A stretch of DNA of 64,000 nt from Candidatus Micrarchaeia archaeon (GTDB lineage: Archaea > Micrarchaeota > Micrarchaeia > Burarchaeales > Fermentimicrarchaeaceae): the NCBI GenBank assembly GCA_038871515.1, contig JAVZHX010000003.1:1-64000 (forward strand), written 5' to 3'. Positions 38,217 through 47,819 of the stretch are shown piece by piece (position 1 is the first letter of the stretch; each line of letters opens with the position of its first letter). The position numbers were made by a program, and so were the translations under genes. Below the pieces are notes generated by a model. It was not told where the DNA came from. It was given only the letters and a program-made list of their open reading frames with translations, and did not search any database.

Positions 38217-38954
38217 GTGGATACTCTTTCATTAATCCTCGTATCAGTTTTCATAGTCAGCCTTATCTCTTTTGTCGGGGTATTCAGCTTTGCTATTCGC
38301 AAGAAGCTTATGGAAAAGCTGATGTTCTTTCTGGTGAGCTTTGCAGCAGGCGCGATGTTTGGGGGGGCGTTTCTCCATATGCTGCCTGAAGCTGCTGAAA
38401 AGGCGGGAGTTGAGGTTTTGAACTTCGCGATTCTTGGGATACTTCTCTTCTTCATTTTAGAGAGATTCCTTCACTGGCAGCACTGCCATAACAAGCCGCA
38501 CTGCAAGGTTCATACATTTGCGTATATGAATCTTGTTGGGGATGGAGTTCACAACTTTATAGATGGGTTTGTCATTGGAGCGAGTTATCTGGTTAGCACG
38601 CAGCTTGGTGTTGCAAGCACAATTGCAATAGTGCTTCACGAGATACCGCAGGAGCTTGGTGATTTTGCAGTTCTTCTTTACGGTGGATTCACAAAGGAGA
38701 GGGCGCTTATTCTGAATTTTCTGACCGCGTTAACAGCTGTTTTGGGAGCAGTTGCAGCTTTTTACGTGATGCCGTTGTTTGAAGGTTACATACCTCTTCT
38801 TTTGTCGTTTGCTGCCGGTGGGTTCATATACGTTGCCGGTAGCGATTTGGTGCCAGAGCTCAGGAAGGAGGTGGAGTTGAAGAACTCTGTGCTGGTGATG
38901 TTTTTCATGCTGATGGGTGTTGGGGTGCTCTGGCTCACTAAGATAATGCGTTAA
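38217..38954 (+). CDS. ZIP-family zinc transporter
   Basis: HMLPEA, His-rich loop, HNFIDG, HEIPQE. Confidence 0.9.
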   Translation: MDTLSLILVSVFIVSLISFVGVFSFAIRKKLMEKLMFFLVSFAAGAMFGGAFLHMLPEAAEKAGVEVLNFAILGILLFFILERFLHWQHCHNKPHCKVHTFAYMNLVGDGVHNFIDGFVIGASYLVSTQLGVASTIAIVLHEIPQELGDFAVLLYGGFTKERALILNFLTALTAVLGAVAAFYVMPLFEGYIPLLLSFAAGGFIYVAGSDLVPELRKEVELKNSVLVMFFMLMGVGVLWLTKIMR

Positions 38955-38965
38955 ATGTTGTTTTT

Positions 38966-39013
38966 TGAATAAATATTCAGAAACATTTATAAAGGTTTAT
39001 GAATAAATATTCA
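38966..39013 (+). promoter_or_regulatory. Promoter with two identical palindromic operators flanking the TATA box
   Basis: TGAATAAATATTCA at 38966-79 and 39000-13; TTTATAAA at 38986-93; ATG at 39016. Confidence 0.78.
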
Positions 39014-39015
39014 TT

Positions 39016-39321
39016 ATGGTAAGACCTAAGAAATGTAAGATGGTTTATGCAGAGCCAGGAGTGACCTACTTCAAGCCACGGGCTATACCGCTTATTGATT
39101 TGAAGGAAGTGGAGCTGAGTGTAGAGGAGTTTGAAGCGATAAGGCTGAAGGATTATGAGGGGTTGGAGCAGGTGCAAGTGGCGAAGAGGATGGGGATATC
39201 ACAACCTACGCTTCACCGACTTCTTGATTCAGCAAGAATGAAAATTGCGGAAGCACTTACAAAGGGAAAGGCAATCAAGATTCATGGTGGAAGTTACGTG
39301 GTAAAGAAAAAAAGGAGGTGA
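39016..39321 (+). CDS. DUF134 family HTH protein
   Basis: MVRPKK, YFKP, EFEAIRLKDYEGL, MGISQPTLHRLL. Confidence 0.9.
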   Translation: MVRPKKCKMVYAEPGVTYFKPRAIPLIDLKEVELSVEEFEAIRLKDYEGLEQVQVAKRMGISQPTLHRLLDSARMKIAEALTKGKAIKIHGGSYVVKKKRR

Positions 39322-39326
39322 TTTGA

Positions 39327-39584
39327 ATGCCGTGGGGAGACGGAACAGGCCCATGGTGGGCTGGAGGAAGCTGGAGGTGCTGGAGGAGGTTCAGCTCTGG
39401 CTGGGGCAGAGGTTTTGGTTGGAGAATGGCATATGCAAGTGGTTTTCCTGGCACCCAGAGCGCTGCACCACAACTGAGCAGGGAACAGGAGCTCCAGGAG
39501 CTTAAAGCTTACTCCGAGGAATTGAAAACTGAGCTTGAGGAGATAAAGAAAAGGATAGCAGAGCTTGAGAAGCCTCAGCAGTGA
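39327..39584 (+). CDS. DUF5320-like protein
   Basis: MPWGDGTGP, Gly/Arg-rich segment, C-terminal coiled coil. Confidence 0.82.
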   Translation: MPWGDGTGPWWAGGSWRCWRRFSSGWGRGFGWRMAYASGFPGTQSAAPQLSREQELQELKAYSEELKTELEEIKKRIAELEKPQQ

Positions 39585-39594
39585 AAGTGAGAGC

Positions 39595-40002
39595 ATGAAA
39601 GTACTTATATCCACTTCCAAGGGTGGGCTGGATGATTTGGTATGCCCGGTTTTTGGCAGATGCCCCACTTTCACTCTTGTAGAGGTGGATGAGAAGGAGA
39701 AGAGAATAGTGAAAACAGAAGTGATGCCTAACCCGGGAGCTATGGCTGGAGGTGGTGCGGGGATAGCTGCTGCACAAGCAGCTATCAACAGCGGAGCTAA
39801 GAAAGTTATAACAGGCAGCTGCGGTCCCAATGCTATGGCTGTGCTGATGCAAGCAGGAGTGAATGTCTATTCTTGTGAAGGGAAAGTTGAAGATGCTGTG
39901 AAGAAACTTCTTGATGGCAAGCTTCCAGGCTTCACAGCACCGAATGTGCCCGGTCATTTTGGAATGGGATTTGGCAGACGTTTTGGGAGGAGATGGAGAT
40001 GA
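39595..40002 (+). CDS. NifB/NifX-family Fe-Mo cofactor-binding protein
   Basis: FGRCPTF, GGAGIAAAQ, GPNA, GHFGMG tail. Confidence 0.88.
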   Translation: MKVLISTSKGGLDDLVCPVFGRCPTFTLVEVDEKEKRIVKTEVMPNPGAMAGGGAGIAAAQAAINSGAKKVITGSCGPNAMAVLMQAGVNVYSCEGKVEDAVKKLLDGKLPGFTAPNVPGHFGMGFGRRFGRRWR

Positions 40003-40349
40003 GGATAGCTATATCGTCGGATGGAGGAGGGATGGAGGGTTATGTCTCCGAGCATTTCGGCAGATGCCCTGAGTTTGTAATTGTGGAAAGCGAAGGTAAA
40101 GAAATAAAGAAGATGGAGAGAGTTGACAACCCGTATTTCAACAACCACATCCCAGGGGAGGTTCCGAAGTTCATCTCTTCACTTGGAGTGAAGCTTATGA
40201 TAACTGGCGGGATGGGTCCAAGGGCAATTGAGATGTTTGAATCCTTGGGTGTGGAGGTTATTGTTGGAGTAAGCGGAAAAATAAAAGAGGTTGTTGAAAG
40301 ATACTTGAAAGGCGAGCTTAAGGCAGATGAGAACATCTGCAGGCATTGA
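39993..40349 (+). CDS. NifB/NifX-family protein
   Basis: VSEHFGRCPEF, GGMGPRA, C-terminal CRH. Confidence 0.88.
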   Translation: MEMRIAISSDGGGMEGYVSEHFGRCPEFVIVESEGKEIKKMERVDNPYFNNHIPGEVPKFISSLGVKLMITGGMGPRAIEMFESLGVEVIVGVSGKIKEVVERYLKGELKADENICRH

Positions 40350-41209
40350 GAGTGCGTTCTTCTATGATGATTGGGATTACTGGCGGAAAGGGAGGGACGG
40401 GTAAAACTGTTGTAGCCGTCAACCTTGCAGTTGCTATTGCCAAGAGCGGCAGGAAAGTAACGTATTTGGATTGCGATGCGGACTGCCCTAGCGCTCATAT
40501 TGTTATGGGTATTGAGAGAGGGGAAAGAAGAGCGGTTAGGTCGTTCATTCCAAAGTTCAACAGCAGAAAATGTAAAAGGTGCGGTAAGTGTGTAAGCGTA
40601 TGCGAGGTGAAAGCTCTCTATCAACTTCCAGGGAAAGCTCCAACTCTGCTTGAACAGATTTGCAATGGTTGTGAGGCATGTCTGCTTGCCTGTCCGTTCA
40701 ATGCGATAAGGAGAGGGGAGAAAATTGTCGGTTGGACGTATAGAGGTGAGAGAGGTGGAGTTGAGTTATTCTCAGGGGAACTTAAACCATCCGAACCTCT
40801 CTCTGAAAAGATAGTTGATGCAGTGAAGGAGAGGGGCAGGAAGGAGGGGAAAGGCGAAATTTTCATAGTTGACACTTCTGCTGGTGCGCACTGCCAAGTG
40901 GTTCGAGCGCTTGAGGGATGTAAGATGGCAATCGCTGTGACAGAACCAACTCTTTTTGGAATCCATGATTTGAAGGTTATTTCATCAGTTCTCAAGAAAC
41001 TCAAAATAAGTTACAAAGTGGTGGTTAACAGAAGCAGTATTTCAAAAAGAAAGGTAAAGAATGCAACAATGGAGATTCCGTATGATAGAATGATGATTGA
41101 ATGTTATACAAAAGGAATTCCTATGGTGGAGAGATTTCCTGAGCATCCAATCTCAAAGAAATTTTTCAATTTTGCTGAGAGAATGTTGGCGTGCGCAAAA
41201 AGGAAGTGA
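40346..41209 (+). CDS. MinD/CobQ-family P-loop ATPase with inserted 2x[4Fe-4S] ferredoxin
   Basis: GGKGGTGKT, CKRCGKCVSVC, CNGCEACLLACP, VTEPT. Confidence 0.88.
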   Translation: MRVRSSMMIGITGGKGGTGKTVVAVNLAVAIAKSGRKVTYLDCDADCPSAHIVMGIERGERRAVRSFIPKFNSRKCKRCGKCVSVCEVKALYQLPGKAPTLLEQICNGCEACLLACPFNAIRRGEKIVGWTYRGERGGVELFSGELKPSEPLSEKIVDAVKERGRKEGKGEIFIVDTSAGAHCQVVRALEGCKMAIAVTEPTLFGIHDLKVISSVLKKLKISYKVVVNRSSISKRKVKNATMEIPYDRMMIECYTKGIPMVERFPEHPISKKFFNFAERMLACAKRK

Positions 41210-41213
41210 TGTA

Positions 41214-41342
41214 GTGGAGAAGTATTACGCGAGCTGCAGAAAGCCATGCGTGGGTCATTTATGCAAAGAATGTTATCTTGAACATTCCACCTATACGCTT
41301 TCGCATTATTACAACAGAAGAAGAAAGACGGGGAGAGGATGA
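41214..41342 (+). CDS. Putative 42-aa Cys/His-rich protein
   Basis: GTG start 4 nt after the upstream stop; CRKPCVGHLCKEC; TGA forms an ATGA overlap with the next gene. Confidence 0.5.
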   Translation: MEKYYASCRKPCVGHLCKECYLEHSTYTLSHYYNRRRKTGRG

Positions 41343-42199
41343 GGGTTGTTGTTCTGAGTGGCAAGGGTGGGACGGGCAAGTCATGTGTAGTTTCCTCCCT
41401 CGCCGTGGAGCTTTCAAGAAAAAGGAAGCTGGTGCTCATTGATGCGGATGCTGACTGCCCAAACCAGCACATAATATTTCCTGGGAGGAGAGTTAAGAGG
41501 GAGAAATTGTATGTATCAAAAATTGCAGTTGTCAACTACAGAAAATGCAATCTTTGCAGGAAGTGCTTGGAAGCCTGCCAGTTCGGGGCCCTGAAAGCGG
41601 AAAAGAGAGTCAAGGTTGACAAATTGCGGTGCGAGGGGTGCGGGGCATGTGTTCTTGCGTGCCCCAACGGTGCTGTCAGGCTTGCTCCAAAGCTGAGCGG
41701 AGAGATGTTCGTCAGGGAAACAAAGAGATTCCCACTGGTTTATGGAAGGCTTGTTCCAAGCGAGTCCGGAAGCGGGAAGATTGTCCACGAGCTGAGGAAG
41801 GAGGGAGACGAACTTGCTCGGGAGAGAGAAGCCGAGCTTGTGCTTGTTGACGCTCCTGCGGGGATAGGGTGCCCGGTGATAGCAGCCGTGGCAGGATGTG
41901 ATTATGCAATAGGGGTCTTGGAGCCAACGCCAGCTGGAATGAAGAACCTTGAGAGGGCTTTGGAGATGGTGGAGTATTTCAGGATACCATATTACATTGT
42001 CATGAACAAGGTTGGCATATCTAAGAAGAACGAGGATGAAGCAGTTAAGAAGTTCGGGAAGAGGATTGCTGGAATGATACCGTATGACGAAGAGATTCCA
42101 CATTTGATTGCCGAGGGTATACCTCCCGTGCTTGGAGAGGGGAAGGCTGCTGAGAGCTTCAGGAAGCTGGCTGGAGAGTTGGAGAGATTATTGTTCTGA
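41339..42199 (+). CDS. MinD/CobQ-family P-loop ATPase with inserted ferredoxin (paralog)
   Basis: SGKGGTGKS, CNLCRKCLEAC, CEGCGACVLACP, SGSGKIV, GIGCPV. Confidence 0.88.
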   Translation: MRVVVLSGKGGTGKSCVVSSLAVELSRKRKLVLIDADADCPNQHIIFPGRRVKREKLYVSKIAVVNYRKCNLCRKCLEACQFGALKAEKRVKVDKLRCEGCGACVLACPNGAVRLAPKLSGEMFVRETKRFPLVYGRLVPSESGSGKIVHELRKEGDELAREREAELVLVDAPAGIGCPVIAAVAGCDYAIGVLEPTPAGMKNLERALEMVEYFRIPYYIVMNKVGISKKNEDEAVKKFGKRIAGMIPYDEEIPHLIAEGIPPVLGEGKAAESFRKLAGELERLLF

Positions 42200-42272
42200 T
42201 ACATCACAGAGAGGTGGTTATACGCGTGCCCAGAAGAGTTGTGATGAAGAAAAAAGGGGGATAGAAAGTAGG

Positions 42273-43022
42273 ATGCAGCATATAAAACATAAGCTTGCGG
42301 TGATGAGCGGGAAGGGAGGGGTTGGGAAAAGCATGATGACTGCTCTCCTCGCTTTGGCTCTGCAGAGAAGAGGTAATAAAGTTGGCGTGATCGATGCAGA
42401 TATAACTGGGGCGAGTATCCCGAGGATATTTGGGGTTAGTGAGAGACTGTACAGCCTTCCTGTTGGCATGATTCCAGCCAAAACAAAATCGGGGATAAAA
42501 ATCATCTCAGCCAATCTACTACTCGAAAGGGAGGACCAGCCAGTCATATGGAGGGGTCCGCTCATATCCCGGGTTATAACTGAATTCCTTGCAGGTGTTG
42601 AATGGGGCGAGCTTGACTACTTGTTGGTGGATCTGCCTCCTGGAACTAGCGACGCACCACTCACAGTTATCCAGTCAATCCCGCTTGACGGAGTTGTGCT
42701 CGTGACATCGCCTCAGGAGTTATCAATGATGGTCGTGAAAAAAGCTATGAATATGGCAAAAGAGATGGGAGTTCCTATGCTGGGCATGATAGAGAATATG
42801 AGCTACTACAAATGTCCCCACTGCGGGAAAATTTCATATATATTTGGTAAAGGAACTACTGATAAATCTGCAGATGAAAACGGAATCCCTTTTCTAGGGA
42901 AATTCCATCTGGATCCCCTCCTCTCTTCTCTATGTGATTCTGGCAGGATAGAGCTTTATGACACCGAGAAGCTGGATGGGATAATGGATAATTTGCTTAG
43001 AAGATTAACTGAAAAGAGTTGA
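42273..43022 (+). CDS. mrp: Mrp/ApbC/NBP35 Fe-S cluster carrier ATPase
   Basis: SGKGGVGKS, WRGP, DLPPGTSD, ENMSYYKCPHC; start uncertain (first ATG used). Confidence 0.9.
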   Translation: MQHIKHKLAVMSGKGGVGKSMMTALLALALQRRGNKVGVIDADITGASIPRIFGVSERLYSLPVGMIPAKTKSGIKIISANLLLEREDQPVIWRGPLISRVITEFLAGVEWGELDYLLVDLPPGTSDAPLTVIQSIPLDGVVLVTSPQELSMMVVKKAMNMAKEMGVPMLGMIENMSYYKCPHCGKISYIFGKGTTDKSADENGIPFLGKFHLDPLLSSLCDSGRIELYDTEKLDGIMDNLLRRLTEKS

Positions 43023-43026
43023 ATTT

Positions 43027-43614
43027 ATGGAAATTTACAATAAAGCAAGAATGTTCAACAAAATAGCTTCTGACCCAAAAAATAAAGCGGGGGAGATATT
43101 GGATGCGTTGGGGTTAAAAAAAGGGCAGAGAATTGCTGATATTGGAGCAGGGGGAGGATACTTTTCTTTGAGGTTTGCGGAGCTGGTTGGAGGGAAGGGA
43201 TGTGTATACGCAGTTGACACGAATCCAGAGTTTTTGGAGTTTATCAGAAAGGAAGCTGAAAAGAAACAGGTGGGTAACCTCAAGACAATTTTAGTAGAGA
43301 AGGAGCTGATTTTACCTAAAGGAAGCTTGGATTTGATATTCCTGCGCAATGTGTGCCATCACTTGCTAAACAGAGTTGAATATTTCAGAAAGTTAAGGAG
43401 CTTGCTAAAATCAGACGGCAGAATTGTTATCATAGAGTATAAACCCGGTGGGTTTTTCAGCTTCCATACAATATTTGGGCATTATGTTCCGCAAGATGTT
43501 ATCATAAAGGAAATGGAAGAGGCAGGTTACAGGGTAGAAAGGAAGTTTGATTTTTTACCAGAGCAGTCCTTTACAATTTTTAAACCCAGGAAAGAAGCAC
43601 GCCTAGCATTCTGA
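43027..43614 (+). CDS. Class I SAM-dependent methyltransferase
   Basis: IADIGAGGGYF, YAVD, FLPEQ. Confidence 0.85.
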   Translation: MEIYNKARMFNKIASDPKNKAGEILDALGLKKGQRIADIGAGGGYFSLRFAELVGGKGCVYAVDTNPEFLEFIRKEAEKKQVGNLKTILVEKELILPKGSLDLIFLRNVCHHLLNRVEYFRKLRSLLKSDGRIVIIEYKPGGFFSFHTIFGHYVPQDVIIKEMEEAGYRVERKFDFLPEQSFTIFKPRKEARLAF

Positions 43615-45499
43615 AGGCAACTCCTCCAAGAAGGATTGCAAATGCAATTTCAAATATTGTTATGAAAACTGCTCTTCTCCAGCCAAACTCCTTAACAAGC
43701 GCGCCTATTGTTGCCGCGCATGGTATGTAGAAAAGCGTTACAAGGGTGAAAACAATCATCTGAAGCGGAGTGAGCACATTCGCGAAGTTCTGGGTTCCAA
43801 GAAGGGAGGCGAGCATTATTATTGTGAGCTCCTTTCTCAGTATTCCAAATATCAGGGTTATTCCAACAGCCTCAGGCAAACCAAGCCAGCCAACTGTTAC
43901 CGGAGAAAGCAAAGAGGAAAGTGAGTTGATAACTCCAAGAAGCTCAAGCAGTTTGATGAGGAAGGTTGAGGCGATTATTATTGGGAATGCCATGAAAACA
44001 AAATCCTGCAGTCTTCCCCATGTTTCCTTAACAACTGATTCAAGAGAGGGCATTCTGTAAGGAGGAATTTCCATTATCAAGCCCATGGGCTCGCCTGGAA
44101 GAACTTTGAATGCAATTCTACCCAAAAGGAAAATTGTAAGTAGATTGAATGCGTATATTGCAAGCGCCCACTGAAAGCCAAGATATGCTCCAACAAGGCT
44201 GAGTATTACAACTGTTCTTGCAGCGCATGGGACGAGGGTGACGAGAAAACCTGCAATGCTTCTCTCTCTTTCATTTTCAAGTATTCTGCATCCCAAGCAA
44301 GCTGGAACGTTGCATCCATAGCCAAGTAAGAGTGGGATGAATGCCTTTCCGTGCAATCCAACTTTGTGCATAAGGGTGTCCATAAGGAAAGCCATTCTCG
44401 CAAGGTAGCCTGAGCTTTCAAGAAGGGAAAGAATGAAGAAGAAAGGTATCAAATAGGGAATTGCAATAACAAGCGCTGCAATAACTCCTTCAAAGAAACC
44501 TCCCCAGACAATTTCTCCCAGCATTCCATTCCCAAGCAGTTCCATAATGAGTGGCTTGAGGGAGTTAAGTGAATTTGAGAGGAGCTGGGATAAAGCATCG
44601 CCAAACGTGAAAACAGAAGCGAATATGAGAATTGAGATGAGGAGGAGAAGTATATAACCAAATACCCTGTGAAGCAAAACTTCATCCAATCTGCTTTCAA
44701 TTGATGGTTTTTCAGGTGTTTTTATCTTTTGGCACTTTTCAATTATCTTCCTTGCAAGCACGTATTTTTCACTAGTTATGATAATTGAGCAAAGCTCTCC
44801 CTGGCAGCTCTCAAGCTTCTTTCTGAGTTTCCTGGCAAGCAACAAAGTTTTAGTTGAAACAAGCTTCTCAGTTTCACTATCTCCTTCAAGAAGTTTTAAA
44901 GCAACCCATCTCTCTGGGTAGGGAAGCTCCTTTATGAATGGAGTTAAACTTCTCACTGCATCCTCAACTGGTTTTGAGTAGGTTGGCTGGAATTGCTTTC
45001 TTTTCTTTTTTGTAGCTTTTACTGCTTCCTCTATCAACTGCGTTATTCCAACTCCTCTTGTTGCAATTGTTTCAACAACAGGCACTCCAAGGAGTTTTGA
45101 GAGTTTTTTTGAGTCAATTTCTATTCCTTTCTTCTTTGCATCATCCATCATGTTCAGCGCTATTACTAAAGGTGCATTAAGCTCAAGCAGCTGCAGGGTA
45201 AGAAAGAGGTTTCTCTCAAGTGCGGATGCATCAATCACGTTTATCACAACGTCTGGCTTCTCCTTTGCAATGTACTCCCTTGAAATCAGCTCCTCTGGGG
45301 AGAAAGCTGAGAGGGAGTAGATGCCAGGTAAATCTATTACGTCTATCTCATAACTCCTAAAACGAAAGCTTCCTTCAGCTTTCTCCACTGTTTTACCTGG
45401 CCAATTTCCAATGTGCTGGTGCATACCGGTTAGATGGTTGAAGATAACTGATTTCCCAACATTTGCGTTTCCAGCAAGAGCAATTCTCAGTTTTTTCAT
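43580..45499 (-). CDS. feoB: Ferrous iron transporter B
   Basis: GNANVGKS, NWPGKTVE, DLPGIYSL, GCNVPA, PCAAR, YIPCAAT. Confidence 0.95.
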   Translation of the reverse strand: MKKLRIALAGNANVGKSVIFNHLTGMHQHIGNWPGKTVEKAEGSFRFRSYEIDVIDLPGIYSLSAFSPEELISREYIAKEKPDVVINVIDASALERNLFLTLQLLELNAPLVIALNMMDDAKKKGIEIDSKKLSKLLGVPVVETIATRGVGITQLIEEAVKATKKKRKQFQPTYSKPVEDAVRSLTPFIKELPYPERWVALKLLEGDSETEKLVSTKTLLLARKLRKKLESCQGELCSIIITSEKYVLARKIIEKCQKIKTPEKPSIESRLDEVLLHRVFGYILLLLISILIFASVFTFGDALSQLLSNSLNSLKPLIMELLGNGMLGEIVWGGFFEGVIAALVIAIPYLIPFFFILSLLESSGYLARMAFLMDTLMHKVGLHGKAFIPLLLGYGCNVPACLGCRILENERERSIAGFLVTLVPCAARTVVILSLVGAYLGFQWALAIYAFNLLTIFLLGRIAFKVLPGEPMGLIMEIPPYRMPSLESVVKETWGRLQDFVFMAFPIIIASTFLIKLLELLGVINSLSSLLSPVTVGWLGLPEAVGITLIFGILRKELTIIMLASLLGTQNFANVLTPLQMIVFTLVTLFYIPCAATIGALVKEFGWRRAVFITIFEIAFAILLGGVAFRMLGVLLSWV

Positions 45500-46098
45500 T
45501 TTTCAACCTCAACAAAAACTCTTGAAGCAAGCCCTCTTCCAACTGCGAGGGTTGAGCCACGCACAGATACACTTATTGGGCCGAAGTAGCTTGTCCTTTT
45601 AACAACTTTTATTTCGGTTCCTTTTGTCACTCCCATCTCGCACAACCTTTGGGAAGCTCCTCTTCCAGCCATTATGAAGCTCACCCTCCCAACCTCTCCT
45701 TCTCCCATCTCGCTGAGCTTCTTTAAATTTTTCTTCTCTTCAGAGAGTGTTTTATGTATTGCGTGCTCAACTTTATCTGAAACTGCATGCTCAAGCATGC
45801 ATGCTTCCTCATGAACTTCTCCTTTAATTCCCAAAAAAGCTAGGAATTTTTCAAGGAGCCTGTGCTTGCGGAGTATTGACTCGCCAATCTCCTTTCCTTT
45901 CTTTGTGAGCTTTGCGCCTTTGTAAGGGCTGTATTCAATAAGCCCATCTCTTTTCATTTTTTTGAACATGCCGCTTACGCTTGGTTTTGATACCTTGAGC
46001 TCCTTCGCAACATCGCTTGTCTTTGCATCCTTACCCTGCTCCTTTAATCTGTAGATTGTTTCAAGGTATTCTTCAGTTTTTTCGCTTACTTTTCGCAT
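45496..46098 (-). CDS. DtxR/MntR-family metal-dependent repressor with FeoA domain
   Basis: EEYLETIY, RKHRLLEKFL, EACMLEH, C-terminal FeoA; start set at ATG 46098. Confidence 0.9.
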   Translation of the reverse strand: MRKVSEKTEEYLETIYRLKEQGKDAKTSDVAKELKVSKPSVSGMFKKMKRDGLIEYSPYKGAKLTKKGKEIGESILRKHRLLEKFLAFLGIKGEVHEEACMLEHAVSDKVEHAIHKTLSEEKKNLKKLSEMGEGEVGRVSFIMAGRGASQRLCEMGVTKGTEIKVVKRTSYFGPISVSVRGSTLAVGRGLASRVFVEVEK

Positions 46099-46105
46099 AG
46101 AAAAG

Positions 46106-46119
46106 TTAGCCACACCTAA
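46106..46119. promoter_or_regulatory. Probable DtxR-family operator
   Basis: TTAG-CCACAC-CTAA between the TATA-like element (46119-28) and the repressor start. Confidence 0.6.
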
Positions 46120-46155
46120 ATTTAAATAACCAATAGTTTAAACAAATACTTTCAG

Positions 46156-46878
46156 GTGATTGCAATGTGCGACGTTTCAGTGATAATACCTGCGTTGAAT
46201 GAGGAGAATTATATTGAGAATACTTTGAAGTCTGTCCGCAGTCAGAAAACTTCTTTGGATTATGAGGTGATTGTTGCGGATAATAACAGCGAGGATGGAA
46301 CTGTTGAGATTGCAAAGAGGTATGCTGACAAAGTTGTTGTTGCAAAGAGAAGGGGAGTTTGGTTTGGAAGGAATGCAGGAGCAAGAAAGTCAAAAGGTGA
46401 GCTGCTGGTTTTTGTTGATGCGGATACAGTTATACCAAGCAATTATTTGGAGGTTGTGAGCGCTGTGCTTGAGGATAGCAAGATAAGTGGTATTTCATGC
46501 GCGTTTGAGTTTGACCAGAGGAGCAGGATGCTTGATGCGATTCAGGAATTATCAAACAGCTATCTTGTTTTCAGAGGGATGCTGGGGAAGGGGGAGATAC
46601 TGGGCTTCAATAATGCTGTGAGGAGAAAAACCTTCTTCCAGGTTGGGGGGTTCCCGAATAAACCAATGGAGGATGGAGCTTTTGCAAGGAAGCTATGGAG
46701 GAAGGGGAGGGTGATTTACCTCCCAGAGCCAAGGGTGATTACCTCTGCAAGAAGAATTTCAAAGAATGGACCAATCACAACAGCTGTTTATTACGCAAAC
46801 CTTGCGCTGATAACTGAAATGCCAAACATACCTTTGAAAAAACTTGCAATTTTCAAAAAGTATATCCCGGTAAGATAG
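46156..46878 (+). CDS. Family 2 glycosyltransferase
   Basis: IIPALNEE, GRNAGA, FVDAD, ED, TSARR. Confidence 0.9.
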   Translation: MIAMCDVSVIIPALNEENYIENTLKSVRSQKTSLDYEVIVADNNSEDGTVEIAKRYADKVVVAKRRGVWFGRNAGARKSKGELLVFVDADTVIPSNYLEVVSAVLEDSKISGISCAFEFDQRSRMLDAIQELSNSYLVFRGMLGKGEILGFNNAVRRKTFFQVGGFPNKPMEDGAFARKLWRKGRVIYLPEPRVITSARRISKNGPITTAVYYANLALITEMPNIPLKKLAIFKKYIPVR

Positions 46879-46909
46879 CTTTTATAATATCGTTCTCATA
46901 GAACTCATT

Positions 46910-47494
46910 ATGAGTCAGAATATTGCTGGGCGTAATAGATGGTTGTCTGTACTTTCAGAAAAGTGTAGGCGCGAGTTTGAAGGTAAAAAACTTGAATCGC
47001 ATGATTTAAGTCATTCTCTCAGAGTCTGGAGGAATGCTGAGAAGCTTGGTCAAAGTCTAGGGGCGGATATGGAGGTATTAATTGCAGCTGTTTTCCTCCA
47101 CGATGTGGGTGTTATTTATACAACGGAAGTGAATCATGGAGCAAAAAGTATGGAAGTTGCAGAGATTATATTAAATAAAATTGGTTTTCCCAAGAATAAA
47201 ATACCCCAGGTTCTTGAGGCAATTGAGAGCCATGATGACCCAAAAAAAGAAAGAAGGAGCCTTGAAGCAAAAATACTATTTGACTGTGACAATATGGATG
47301 CGTTTGGTGCAATTGGAGTATTCCGCTATCTTGATATATACGTGAGGAGAGGGTGGAACATTACGAAAATTGCCGAGCATGTCTGCGAGAACGTTCAAGA
47401 GAGATTCAGAAGTTTGTATTTCAAGCAGTCAGCGAAGATGTGCAGAGAGGATTATGAGTTCACAAAAAAATTACTTCATAAAACTAAAAAATGA
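46910..47494 (+). CDS. HD-domain phosphohydrolase
   Basis: HDLSHSLRV, LHDVG, H, DCDNMDAFGAIG. Confidence 0.87.
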   Translation: MSQNIAGRNRWLSVLSEKCRREFEGKKLESHDLSHSLRVWRNAEKLGQSLGADMEVLIAAVFLHDVGVIYTTEVNHGAKSMEVAEIILNKIGFPKNKIPQVLEAIESHDDPKKERRSLEAKILFDCDNMDAFGAIGVFRYLDIYVRRGWNITKIAEHVCENVQERFRSLYFKQSAKMCREDYEFTKKLLHKTKK

Positions 47495-47544
47495 GCTACG
47501 CTAGGAAAAAAGAAAAAGAGGAGAATTAGAATTTATTTCTTCTC

Positions 47545-47736
47545 CTAATACTTTTTGTGCTTCTGCCAACAGTCCCTGCAGTAAACAGGTCTTCCCTCTG
47601 TTGGCTTGAAGGGGACTTCGCACTCCGCGCCGCAGTCAGAACAGACAGCTTTGTGCATCTCTCTTGGCCCAAAGCGTTCTCTTCCAAATCCACGACGTCT
47701 GGAACGTCCCGTTTCTTCATAATCCATTTTTTTCAC
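47545..47736 (-). CDS. CxxC-x17-CxxC zinc-ribbon protein
   Basis: REMHKAVCSDCGAECEVPFKPTEGRPVYCRDC. Confidence 0.88.
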   Translation of the reverse strand: MKKMDYEETGRSRRRGFGRERFGPREMHKAVCSDCGAECEVPFKPTEGRPVYCRDCWQKHKKY

Positions 47737-47819
47737 CTACATGCGTGCAGATTGACTGCGACGCATTACTGAGTGAGTATTTGACCTCTGGTGTTTAAAT
47801 AGTTATGTAATGCCGGATG

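Noticed and set aside
39595..40349. Nitrogen fixation inferred from NifB/NifX-family genes
   Set aside because: No nifH/D/K in the window; this operon type is common in non-diazotrophic anaerobes.
42200..42275. Possible frameshift at the mrp start (RBS-like GAGGTGG then an out-of-frame GTG)
   Set aside because: In-frame ATG 42273 yields a complete Mrp core; no slippery site or further support.
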